DNA from: Chiloscyllium plagiosum
Lineage: Eukaryota
Direction of reading: 5' to 3'
Length of the DNA stretch: 64,000 nucleotides
Assembly: GCF_004010195.1 (NCBI RefSeq)
Contig: NC_057718.1
Coordinates: 85,290,580 to 85,354,579, forward strand
Below are positions 11,280-23,625 of this stretch, piece by piece. Every line of letters begins with the position of its first letter. Within the stretch, counting starts at the first letter, position 1. A model generated the notes under the pieces. That model was not told where the DNA came from and made no database searches. It saw only the letters and a list, made by a program, of their open reading frames with translations. Both the position numbers and the translations under genes were made by a program.

Positions 11280-12225
11280 TTGCGCTGAAAATGAAAGGAG
11301 GGCCATTAAAGGTGGAAAGAGAGAGTTTGAACTATAGAAGTTAACAATTAGAGAGGAATTAAAAGGGTAAAGATGAAGGTAAAAGCTTGGTTTAGTGACG
11401 AAAATAGTGATGACGAATAAATGCATTGTAGCCAAAGGCCTAATGGGGATTTGTTTAACTATGTCTGTTTAAAGCAGTTTCTAAATTTGATGAGAAAGAT
11501 GTAGAAAGCTTTCTCATTTTATTTGATAAAGTGGCTAAACAAATGAAGTGGCCAGTGATCGTGTCGACCTTGTTCATTCAAACAAAGATGGAAGGCAGAA
11601 GTAGTGAGATATTTGCATCGTTATCAGAGGAGGTGTCTGGGGCGTATGAGAAGGTGAAGAAAGCCATCTTAAGTGCACATGACCTTGTGCCACAAGCCTG
11701 CAGACAACGTTTCAGGAATCTAAGGAGGGATCCTGGTCAAATGTACATTGAGTTTGAAAGGATCAAACAAAGTAATTTTTTGATAGGCGGATAAGGGCAT
11801 TGAAAATAGATCAAACATAAAATGCTCTTAGAGAGAAGATTATTGTGGACGAGTTCAAAAATTCACTTCCTGAAGTAGTTTGAACTTGTGGAAGAGTAGA
11901 GAGCTAAAGTTTAGCAGCTGAAATAGCTGATGATTATGAATTGGTTCATGAATCAAAGTTTGGCTTCTGACATTAATTTTAATCTGTGAGTGATAGAAAT
12001 TGGGGAAAAGAGAAATCATTAAAGATAATAAAGAAGTTTACCACAGGGTAAAAAGGAAACCCATGAGGGGAAAAGAGAAGAAACGAAGGTCAATTGTTTT
12101 CACTGCTTTAAAGTAGGCCACATGAAGTTGTAGTACTCGTCGTTTAGAAAAAACACTGGGAAGACGGATGTAGGAAAACAGGATAAGCCAATGAATTTTG
12201 TTGAAGTGATAAAGGAAAGTACTTA
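11280..12225 (+). mobile_element. Gmr1-like Ty3/Gypsy gag remnant
   Basis: KFDEKDVESFLILFDKVAKQMKWP...YEKVKKAILSAHDLVPQACRQRFR...LREKIIVDEFKNSLP, then a zinc-knuckle remnant CFHCFKVGH (~12094-12123). Confidence 0.75.
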
Positions 12226-13409
12226 GGTTTTGCTGGAACTTATCAGATGATTTAATGAAGGTATTAAATGGGTAAGATAATGGAGTGCTTGGGATGTAGC
12301 ATTAACAGTTTTGTGATCTACATTAAGGATGTCCTGCAGGAATGTTTGATTTTTGGTGACAATCATCACTTACGACCAGGGATGGAATGTGGTTGCCGGT
12401 GAATGCCATTATCAAGGCCCAAAAGTACAATTATATTTCAATTTGTAACTGGACAAAAAAAGCAATGGCTGGGAAGCACATTTAATCTGCTTTATATAGT
12501 TTCTATTTAGAATGGGTCCAAAGGATGAAAGAGTCATGGAGGTATTTCAGGTCACCATGGGAGACTGAAAAAGAACCATCAGAATCTTTGCAGCCTAATA
12601 GGCTGAGCAGAGCTTCTAACCCAACATCCCATTCCCAAGATCAAGAGTTCAGGGCCAGAGGTTTCTAGCCCTCCGGATTTCAAGGAAGTTGCAGTCACCA
12701 CTCCATCAATCATGCCCTTGGATTAGCTTAACTCTTACTAAGTGTGATGTTTGATTATTATCATTCCTTACCAACACTTCCCCAAATCCCCAACATTTGC
12801 TTCTGGATGATACAGGCTGATCAGTTGTTTGAGTCATCTGCATATGCAGCCTTAGAACTTTCAATATTTACAGTTTCTTGTTACTGGAGGCACTGAGGTC
12901 TTTGGCACTGGAGGCAGTGAGATTGCAGGACATGGAAGCACAAATAAATATGGCACTACTTCTCTGCATTATTGCAAATGTTGATCTCATTTAGTGCAAG
13001 TTACTTATGCAAACCCAAAATTTCAGCAATGATTTAAGTGAAACAATGCACCAAGTCAGGATTAACATTCATCCTCTCCTCCTCCATCTATCTTTCAATT
13101 TGCCTTTCCTCTCCCTTTGTCAACACAATAAAAGCTATCATTTTCCAGCCCACTTCAGTTCTAAAGAGTCATTGGATTTGAAACATTAACTCTGTTTTTC
13201 TCTCTATAAATGCTGCCAGATGTGCTGAGTTTCTCCATCACTTTCTGTTTTTACTTTAGATCTTAAACATCCTTAGTATGTTGTTTTCATTAACATTCAT
13301 AATGATATCCATGTGTGTTTCAACAGTATGGTGCTGGAAAAGCACAGCAGGCCTTCTCTCCCTTCTCCTGCATGTGTTTTTGCTGAGTTACCTTGTAATA
13401 TGATTTAAC

Positions 13410-13570
13410 AGATAGAAGGCAGAATTAATGAGATATTTGCATCGTTATCTGAGGAGGTTTTGGGGCATATGAGGAGGTGCAGAAAGCCATCTTAGGTGCA
13501 TATGAGCTTGTGTCACAAGCCTACATACAACGTTTCAAGAATCTAAGGATGGGCCCTGGTCAAATGTACA
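13410..13570 (+). repeat. Diverged direct copy of gag segment 11586-11747
   Basis: Colinear from AGAT(A/G)GAAGGCAGAA to CCTGGTCAAATGTACA. Confidence 0.85.
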
Positions 13571-13680
13571 AGAGATGGATTTATTCATGAAGAGTTAATT
13601 GGGTGTGAACTGGTTGTGTAAATGTTGGGTGATAGTAATCAGTGGGGCAATTTATTGATGGTTACTAAAGGAAAAAATTG

Positions 13681-16600
13681 GGGATTCAAAATGGCAGCGA
13701 CCCAGTAGATCTGCTTTGCTGAGCTCTGCACCAGAACCCAGACAAAATGAGACACTCACCCTCTCCTTACTGCTTAATTTGTTGGAAATAACCATTTTTT
13801 GACCCTTAGAACTATTTAGTACCAGTTTGGAGCAATTTGGAACTGTTTGAGGAAAGTTAAGAAAATGACTAAGGGGAAGAGAGCATGGGGATCACGTCAA
13901 GCCACGACCCCCACCCCAACAACAATGGACACACCCATGGCCTCACCGATGGAGAAGAGCCTGATCTCTGAGTTCGTGAAACTCTGAGAGAAGATTGATT
14001 GGTCGATGGAGGAGACCCGGACCAGGCTTGCATCGATCTCGGTCATGCTGCAGAGGCATGACCAGGAGATCCAGCGCCTTGGGCAGCGTGTTGGGGAGGT
14101 AGAGAAACAGGCTGCGGCTTCTGAGACTGCGACGGAATCCTCGGCGGGTCAGGTTCAGGCTCTGGAACGCTGAGTGCGGGCCTATGAGGAACAGGTCAAC
14201 CACCTCAAAAATCGAGGTCATCAGAAAAACATCTGGTTGCTGGGGCTTCCCGAACGGGAGGAAGAAGGCCAACTCGTCAGATTTTTGGAGCAATGGCTCC
14301 TGCAGGTTCTGAGGCTGGAAGTCGAGTGCGGGTGCCGGGCGAGGGGGCCCACCAGATCGCAGTGCACAGGCTCGGAACGGACCAGCACCCCACCCCCGCC
14401 CTGTCCTAGTGCGACTCCAGCATATTAGAGACAAACAAATGATGCTGGAAGCCTCTAGAGCACTGGGGAAGGATCCCCAGGCTCTGATATATAAAGGATC
14501 ATGAATTATGCTTTTCCAGGACTTCTCTCTGGTCATGATTCACAAGAGGAAGGCCTTTGATGAGGTAAAAAGGCAGCTGAGGGACTTGAATATCCAGTAT
14601 TCTGTTAGATATCCGGTGATACGGCGTTTCAGCCACAGAGGTCCGTGTTCGACTTTGATTCACCGGAAAAAGCAAAGGACATCTTGGATGCTTTAAAATA
14701 GACTGACTGGCTTGAATTATATGGACAATTCTTTTTTCTCTCTGTAATTTGCATGGTTTACCTGGTTGTTTAGGGGTGGTCTTGGTTTTCTTTTTAATGT
14801 ATGTCAGGGTCATAATTATTTTCCCTTTTTTGTTTCCTCTCCCTTCTCTCTCCCTTCCTGTCATCCTTTGTTTTCCTGGGTTTTCTTTTCTTATTATTTC
14901 CTTTTGTCCTTCTCTTCTGGTTTGGGATGATCGGGGGAGGTGGGGGGCAGCGGGGTAAGGTCATTTTTTTTGTTCTACCAGGAGTGTCTATGATTACAGT
15001 ATGGAGGGGATGGGTTGAGCCCACTTTTAACTTTCTTGTTATATGATTTTTTGTCTTTTACTTTGTGTTGCCTGGAGTCATGGTGGGGCTAATGGATGGC
15101 ATGAGCGCCCCCTGTGGACAAGGGAGAAAGTCTCCTTTCAGTTATGTTATATGTTGGTATGTTGTAGAAGTAGCTGTTGGAAGTTTTGATTTAGCAGTTT
15201 TGGAAGTTGCATTTTTAAACTTATACGAACTGTTTATGGTTTTCACTCGGCGCACTATGAGTGGGGTTCTTCCTCCCAGGGGGTCACGGATTGTTTCAGG
15301 CGATGATGGTTAGCTATTCGTTTAAATGGTACACCTGGAATGTTAAGGGGAGTCATTCACCAATTAACAGAAAAAAGATACTGTCAAGCCTTAGAACAGA
15401 GAGGGTTGATGTAGCTTTGTTACAAGAAATGCACTTAACCGATAAGGAGCATTTGAAGTTGCAACAGGGAGGATTCGGCCAGGTGTTTTTCTCATCCTTT
15501 AATTCGAAAAGTAGAGGAGTGGCCATTCTCATCCGGAAGACCCTCCCTTTTCAAATGCTAGGCCAAATTAAGGATAAGTGCAGGTGATTCATAATTCTTA
15601 AAGCTTTAATACATGGAGAGGAATATGGGATTCTGAATGTATATTACATCCCGGCACATCCCCTTAAATTCATAATGGATGTGTTTTCTAGATTGATGGC
15701 CATTGGGGCACGTCATATAATTATAGGGGAGACTTCAATCGTATTATTGACCCCGAGGTGGACAGGATGTCTCGGGGTCTTGCGGGTGTGTCTCCGCAAT
15801 CCAGGCAGTTGATGGACTTGAACAGGGAGTTGGGGTTGGTGGACACGGTGGCACAGTGCTTAGCACTGCTGCCTCACAGCGCTTGAGACCCGGGTTCAAT
15901 TCCCGCCTCAGGCGACTGACTGTGTGGAGTTTGCATGTTCTCCCCGTGTCTGCGTGGGTTTCCTCCGGGTGCTCCGGTTTCCTCCCACAGTCCAAAAGAT
16001 GTGCAGGGTCAGGTGAATTGGCCATGCTAAATTGCCCGTAGTGTTAGGTAAGGGGTAAATGTAGGGGTATGGGTGGGTTTCGCTTCGGCGGGTCGGTGTG
16101 GACTTGTTGGGCCGAAGGGCCTGTTTCCACACTGTAATGTAATCTAATCTAATCTAATGTAATCTAATCTAATCTAATGACATGTGGAGATGTCTTCGCC
16201 CTGAAGGTAGAGATTTTACCTTTTTTTCTAATCCATTTAAGTGCTATACTAGAATTGAAATTTTTTTTGTCCCATCGACCTTTTTGAACTCGGTGCTGAC
16301 TTGCAGAATAGGGAACATAGTCGTTTCTGTTCATGCGGCAGTGTACTGGACGTCAAGGTTGGAGGTGATGGAGCAAGATCCGGCACTGGCTCATGGACCC
16401 TTTCCTCCTGAAAGTTAGCACGTGTATAGAGTATTTTTTGCAGGAGTTTAAAATCTTTTGGGATATTAATTTAGATACAGCCAGCAACCCATCGGTGCTG
16501 TGAGAGACCGCCAAGGCCTATGCACAAGGTTTGATTATTTCTTACTCCGCGACCCAGAAGTGGCAGAGGGGAGAACAGTAACGTTTGCTTGAGGCTCGTC

Positions 16601-19600
16601 TGAAGGCAGCTGAGTTAGCATACCTTGATAGGCTGTCTATAACTAAATTATAGCAGATTACAGCCCTTAAGTCTACTTTGAATGCTGCACTCACCCAAAC
16701 AGCAAAGAGGAAAATCTCTTTTGCGAAACAGAGATTATTTGAGAATAGTGATAAACCGGGTAGATATCTAGCATACATAGCCAGAAAGAAGAATGCCCCC
16801 CAATCTATTACATCCATCAGAGAGAGTACTGGTAGTCTTACTTACAATGCTGAAAAGATTAATGCAGCATTTAGAAAGTTTTACGAACTTATACGAACTG
16901 TTTATGGTTTTCACTCGGCGCACTATGAGTGGGGTTCTTCCTCCCAGGGGGTCACGGATTGTTTCAGGCGATGATAGTTAGCTATTCGTTTAAATGGTAC
17001 ACCTGGAATGTTAAGGGGAGTCATTCACCAATTAACAGAAAAAAGATACTGTCAAGCCTTAGAACAGAGAGGGTTGATATAGCCTTGTACCAGTTGGAGG
17101 GCTGTGAGGACAGAATGATGAAGATGGAATCCTTTTTTAAGACCCTGGACCTTCCGGGTGTAACCTCAGAGTAGGCGTCCTTTCTGAGTGCTCCCCTGAC
17201 AATTCAGGAAGTACTGGAGGTGGTGAAACTGCTTCAGAGTGGTAAAGCACCTGGACCAGATGAATTTCAAAGTGAGTTTTATCAGGAGTTTATGGACAAG
17301 CTGGACGGGCCATTCTTGGATATGTACAATTACTCATTCAGTCAGGGCTGTCTCCCATCTTCTTTGGAGAAGCAAATATTTCTCTTATTCTTAAGAAAGG
17401 AAAAGCCCCAGAAGGTTGCACTTCATGCAGGCCTATATTGTTATTGAACATGGACTTTAAAATCCTATTGAAAATGCGGGCGTTGAGGCTGGAGAGGGTA
17501 TTGCCTTTTATTGTAAAGGAGGACCAGACAGGTTTTAAATATGGTCCAAATATGTCAGCAAAGATTGATCCTGGGTTTGGTAGTCTCCCTGGATGCAGAG
17601 GAAGCAATTGATCGGGTGGAGTAACTGTACCTCTTTTATGTCATGGAACAGTTTGGTCTTGGAGAGGTTTTTGCCAAATGGATGGCAGTGTCGTGTAGTG
17701 ATCCGAAAGCAGCATTTCTCACTAATGGTATAAGGTTGGCAGAGGCTGCCACCAAGGGTGCCCTCTTTTGCCACTATTATTTACATTGGTGATCGAGCTG
17801 CTGGCAGAAGCCATTCGGACGGATCCCAATATAACTGAGGTAGGGTCAGGCAGGCATAAAATCACCCTCTATGCGGATGACATCCTTCTCTTTTTAACTA
17901 ATCCAATGACATCTGTGCCCCACTTAATACAAACGGTTAATCTATCTGGTTTGTTTTCAGGGTATAAAATTAATTTCATGAAATTGGAGGCCATGCCTGT
18001 GGGAGGGTCGTACTAGTATATCCAGCTTTGGGGATGGAACCCGTATCCCCTTCCGGTGGTCACTGGGAGGTTTTCTGTATTTTGGCATTTTTATTTCCCT
18101 GGTTTTTGATCAATTATATAAAGCCAACTATGTGCAGCTTCTAGAGAAGATAAGGAAGGACCTTCGGTGCTGGGAAGATCTTTCAATATCTTGGTTGGGC
18201 AGAATAACTCTGGTTAAGGTAAATGTTCTTCCTTGCTTATTATATCCCATGCGAATGCTCCCTTTGATGCTGCCCAGGCAAACACTGCGCAGGCTTTACA
18301 GCTGGCTTGGATCTTTTATTTGGCATCATAGGTGGCCTCTTATTAAGCTGGATAAATTGCAGCTTCCACAGGAGAGGGGAGGGGGTCCAGACTTTAAGAA
18401 TACCAATTGAGTTCTTTACTATCCTATGTGACTGAATGAGCCTGTCAGGATCCACGATCAATCTGGTTGGATATTGAGGCCTCCCAGACAAAATGCCCTC
18501 TCATTAATTTGTTGTTTATGAACAAGATGAGAATTGTTATGGATCACTGCAAAAGCCCGATTGTCCTAAACACAGTTAAAGCATGGAGAATGATGCGGCA
18601 GGGTGAGGGCAATTTACAAAAAAATTCCCCTTTCACTCCCATGGTGGGAATGTTGGGATTCCAGCCAGGTTCGATGGACTCTGGCTTTAAGCTCTGGGAG
18701 TTCAGAGGAATCTCCTGTTTGGGAGATTTATTTGACGGGGAGGTCATGATGTTCTTCGAACAGCTGAGTCAGAAGTTCAAGCTATCTAGGAAGCCTCTTA
18801 CTTCCAGGTTAGAGACTTCATACAAAAGAAGTCTACATTGATGGCTAGCCCCTACAAGTCGGACATAGAGAGGAGAGTACTCCGATCTACAGGTGTCCTC
18901 TCAGTTAGTACTCTCTATCACTTGTTAGGTAGCAATGTGTTGAAGGACATTGAACGGCTATGCAGAACCTGGACTCAAGAATTAGGAGTGGAAATTTTGT
19001 CAAAGATGTGGGAGGATATCTGGGAAAATGTTAGGAAGATCTCAGTTTGTAATAGGACCAAGGCTATTCAACTGAAGGTACTTCATATGGCTCACCTGGC
19101 ACTGGAGCGGCTTGTGAAATTTAAGACAGGAGTGTCCCCAATGTGCCCCAAGTGTAAAATGGAGGTTGGTACTCTTACTCACTGCTTGTGGTCATGCCAC
19201 AAGGTCCGCAGGTATTGGGATGCCATAGCAAATGTTTTGGCAAAGGTTTTGGGAACTGAGGTTAAGTTGGATCCGGTGACCCTCCTTTTGGGTATTCCAA
19301 ATCTTCCCCCTTTGGATGTGCATGGGAAGAAATTGTTTAATATTCTTTCATTCTGAGCAAGGAAGAACATTCTAATGAGTTGGGTGTTGGCAAATCTGCC
19401 AGGACTCTCGAGCTGGCGTAGGTTAGTCATGGAACACATCCCTGGACTTCCTCAAGAGTACGGTGTACCAGAAAAGGGAATTGTTTTACAGAACATGGCG
19501 GAATTATTTTGAAATTATATTGATGCAGACTTATCAGCTATATTATTCAGGGCCTTTGTGTAGCCATGACGGTTGTGTCTGTCAGTCTGGGGGCCCCTGG

Positions 19601-19977
19601 GGGAAAGAATCCTGAACAAATACACATTTACTTCCATTGCTCCCAATGGTGGGGAGCTTCGGTGAGATTGCACTGAGTGTAGTAATTTAATTGAATATAA
19701 TTTAAGTTATCTTGCTATAACATGGTTTAATTTTGTTTTGTTTGTTTATTTATTTTCCTTCTTTCTCCTTGGTTATTTATTGAATTGTAGTTTTTGTAGA
19801 GGTCTTTTGTCTTTTTGTTTGTGTTTCGGTAGTTTGTGGAGTAGAGTAGTAGTTTGTTTTCTATTATTGGTATTATGTTATAAAGTTGTCACACTATTTT
19901 GTACTGGTTTTGTAATTTTGTAAAACATTTAAAAACTTTGTTTTCAATAAAAATATTTTTTTAAAAAAAGAAAAAAT
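13681..19977 (+). mobile_element. Full-length L1-clade LINE, inactivated
   Basis: 5' CAAAATGGC (YY1-like). ORF1 remnant ~13864-14701 (NRGHQKNIWLLGLPERE). ORF2 from ~15304 with endonuclease TWNVKG...VALLQEMHL, RT QGCP/LYADD and C-terminal CPKC...HCLWSC. GT-rich 3' UTR, AATAAA ~19946 and an A-tail. Many stops and frameshifts. Confidence 0.93.
15845..16178 (+). mobile_element. HE1 V-SINE (young, CpG-rich) inserted in the L1 endonuclease
   Basis: Intact V-domain and (TAATC)n tail. GACA is duplicated at 15842-15845 and 16179-16182; removing the insert restores ELGLVDMWR. Confidence 0.95.
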
Positions 19978-20387
19978 ATGGTGGTTTGGTGATAGGTAAA
20001 CATATTTGTTGTGTGTAAGAGCACTCCTGGATATTAAAAAAAATGAGTAGATGAAAAATATACCACAGGTGATTGTGGATGAGTGGGACTCAAATTGTTC
20101 AGTTATGTAAGAATACTTATGGATATAAAAATAAAATAATCAGTGGAACATGAGTTTATGGAACACGGTTAACTGAAATAAAACTAACGCGAAGAGTGGA
20201 CTTGGATTCTTCAAAAACATTTATTTTCTAGTGTATAACATTATCTTGCATCTTAACAGAATTTTTCAGCATAAACAGCAAGTATCATGATAAATATTAA
20301 GTAACATCATAAATGCAATAAAAATTATGTCTTTGTGAAATTATACAACTAATTTTTATACTGTAAAAATATGTGTGGGGACTGTGA

Positions 20388-21360
20388 GATTATACGCAGC
20401 ATGGCAACAATGCAGCACAACACAAGGGAATGTATCCTCGACATGAAGATTGGACTTCATTTCCATCAGGATGGTACAATGGTCACTCCTAACAATACTG
20501 TCATGGATTGATGCATTTGTGGAAGTTAGATGAATGAGTATGAGGCACTGCAACTTTTTAACTCTTGTTGATTCCATCATCGTTTGCTGCAGACCCAGTA
20601 AATCAGCTGTGTCCTTCAGAACACACTAGGTAGTGGAGTTCCTGAGCCCTCTTGGTAATGGACATTGAACTTTTTCACCCAACGTATATTCTGTACCTTT
20701 GCCACCCTCAGTATTTCCTACATGTGCTATCCAACATGGAGGAATACCGGTGCAGCAGCTGAGGGCTGGCAGTAGTTCCTAATCAGCAGGAGGTTTCCAT
20801 GCCTTTGTTTGACCTTATGAAACAGATCTCACCTAGTCTAGAGTCAATGCTGAGGACACAGGATAAGGCTTTCCTGACTCTGTGCCATTATGGTGCCACC
20901 TCTGGTGATGTCTGGGCAATTGTTAGTTTGGATTCTGTTGCTGGATTTATCTGCAGGACAATTTTCCAAACTTTGGCATAAACACCCCAGATGTTAGGAA
21001 GATTTTGCAGGGTCGACTTGGCTTGGTGTGTCATTGTTTCTGATGCCTAGTGATCTATCCAGTTTCATTCCTTTTTGACTTTACTCTAGTGATATGTCAC
21101 AACGGTTTGGCTTTGCCAGAGGGCAGTTAATAGTTGACCACTTTTGGTGTGAGTCTGGAGTCACATGCCCAGGTAAGCAGCAGCAGATGGGTTTTTATAA
21201 CAATGGTGTCATGGCTACCATTGCTGATAGTACCCCGTTTTAATTCCAGATTTATTTATTGTACTTGAATACCACCAGCCATAATGGGATTTGAACAACT
21301 GTTCCATAGGATTAGCCTCTGATTACTAAACCAGTGACATTACCACTGTGCCATCATCTT
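20388..21360 (-). mobile_element. LINE family B 5' end: tRNA-like head, core and endonuclease remnant
   Basis: A-box TGGCACAGTGG and B-box GTTCAAATCC on minus, running into VDPAK...NIWG...PKFGKL and later ASIHDSIVRSDHCTIL (APE catalytic SDH). Confidence 0.7.
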
Positions 21361-21364
21361 GGCA

Positions 21365-21765
21365 TTGACCTGCATTGGCTCCTGGTTCAACAATCTCTTT
21401 AAAAGTCTAATTCTCATTTTCAAACTGCTCCAAAGCGTTGCTCCTCCCTATCTTTGTACTTCTTCGATCCCTATAACCTGCTGAGATTTCGGTACACTTC
21501 CAATTTCAATCTCTTGCCCATCCTGACTTTCATCACTATCTCTGTCAGTCATGTTGTGGCTCCAACCACTCATATACTTTCCTTAAATCTGTCCTCCTCT
21601 CTACCTTTTTTTCTCTTAAGATTCTCCTTAAAACCTATTTCTATGAGCCAGCTTTTCATCTCCGTTTCAATTTGGCCTTATGTGCCTTGCTGACAAATTT
21701 TATTTGCAACAGTTCTGTGAAACACGTTTGGCCATTTTACTAACTTATATCACCGAAGGTTGTTC
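21365..21765 (+). mobile_element. L2 LINE 3' remnant
   Basis: DLHWLLVQQ...LILIFK...VAPPYL resembles the L2 ORF2 C-terminus LHWLP...GLAPPYL. Confidence 0.55.
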
Positions 21766-22088
21766 CTGTTCTTACGGTCTCCATCAGAATGTTTAAAACA
21801 TGCCATAAACGTAGTGACCACATTAACAACTCATGATTTTATGCAGGACAATATCTATAATGCATGTTGCAATTATGGTTAACCACAGTTGTATCATTAT
21901 GGAAACTGAAATTTGCTAAATTGAAGAGTATTTGTTTTGGTGGAAAAAAATGTACATGGTACAGTACATCCCTGAGTAACAGAAAATTGAAAAGCTTGTC
22001 AGCTTTTCTCCTTTTTTAATTATCAGTTGATCTTCTGTCACGATTCTTGAACATTAGTGTGGAATCTAGAGAGCTTATGTAATAGTTA

Positions 22089-22277
22089 TGATTTGGAGAT
22101 GCTGGTGTTGGACTGGGGTGTACAAAGTTAAAAATCACACAACACCAGGTTATAGTCAAACAGGTTTAATTGGAAACACTAGCTTTTGGAGCGACGCTCC
22201 TTCATCAGGCAGCGCTCCAAGCTAGTGCTTCCAGTTAAACCTGTTGGACTATAACCCGGTGTTGTGTGATTTTTAAC
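22089..22277. mobile_element. Palindromic Penelope-derived mini-element (family N) with hammerhead
   Basis: Arms GTTAAAAATCACACAACACCAGGTTATAGTC... and ...GACTATAACCCGGTGTTGTGTGATTTTTAAC. 13-bp TSD TATGTAAT(A/G)GTTA at 22076-22088 and 22278-22290. Minus-strand CTGATGA-A-GGAGC-GTC-GCTCC-AAAAGCTA. Confidence 0.88.
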
Positions 22278-23021
22278 TATGTAATGGTTAGTTGCTAAGA
22301 TGAAGTTATGTTTAATCTGATTTGTCTCTTTAACCTCTGCCAAGTTATATATGATTGGGAAGTGATCTAATTGAATAAAATCTATGGTTAACTACAGGGA
22401 GCTGCTTCTAAATCCTGGCTCATTGCTTTGAAGAGAAGTCGTTATTAAGATTGGAGAAAAAGAACAGCAAATTACTAGTTCAATTTTTCTTTTCTAATGC
22501 TTTTGACTATGCAATAATGTCTAGTTCGTGTAAAACTTTTATATTAGATTGATTTAGCATTTAAAAACATGCAAACATAACAATTAATGTAAGCAAAAAA
22601 GGGTGTTGTTGGATTTCAACTGTATTATATATATAAAATTCTGAAAAAGTTAATGTTATATTGAGGTCACACACTGTCTGTGAGTGGAGATGAGGAGTCC
22701 CATTCTGGCTTTTGGAGGGAATAGATATACTTATACCAGCTCCCTTAGATCCTAGTAACCCTGATATCTAAGAACAATGTCACTTCTGCAGTTCCTCTCC
22801 CACCAATCATGAACAAGCCCAAGACAAGTGACACTGAACCATCTCAAATAACCCTTACCCATTTCCACATACTGGCAGAGGTGGCAAATACTGCAAGGTG
22901 CCAACAATGGTCAGCTGGGAAAATGCCACATCAACAACTAAAGAAGAAAAACTGTTCTACAGAGAGACAACAATAACCTGACTTAACTCATAGGAGATAA
23001 TAATTCTCTTTGACTTTACTA

Positions 23022-23625
23022 GTGTCACAAACAGCTCTGTCCTTGATTTTTCAGAGGGGTAATAAACCAGGCCGGGCTCTGATCAGTCTGGTTTTGTACG
23101 GAGATAAAAAGGATTTTGAGAGGCCTTTTGTTTTTATGTAAACAGATGAGACTTCAGGCCAAAGTGGTCATGTTTTAGAAGTGACCTGTATAGTGAAAGG
23201 AGAGTGGTCAGCTCTCTAGCTACTTGAGCTGAGCTGAGCAGTTTTTAGTTTAGTCTTAAACTGGTTGGAAGTTCAACAGGGAACTTTGTGGAAATTCTCT
23301 CTTTCTCCTGCCTTTCAACTTCAACCTGTCAGCATGTGTTCCATTTATACTGGTTTTTAAAGGGAGTTTGCTTATTGGGACTGTTGTGTATGTTCGGAGC
23401 AGCATAATTAAGTCTAGTTGGATAGGCTGAGTTCTGTGGGGGTTCTTTATTCTGTTCTTTGTGTTTTATTGTATAATTTTGTGAATACATTTTTGTCTGT
23501 TTTAAAATGTAATAGTCAACCTAGCTAATTTAATTTGGGTAAGTTTCGCTGTATACTTACTAAAAAAAAATTGCAAAATAATGGTCTGAGCTGCCTGCTT
23601 AAGAAAGTTTCACTTAGTCCATAAT
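23022..23625 (+). mobile_element. Possible solo LTR
   Basis: Starts TGTCAC, ~600 bp long, with LTR-like composition. No partner LTR or TSD confirmed. Confidence 0.35.
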
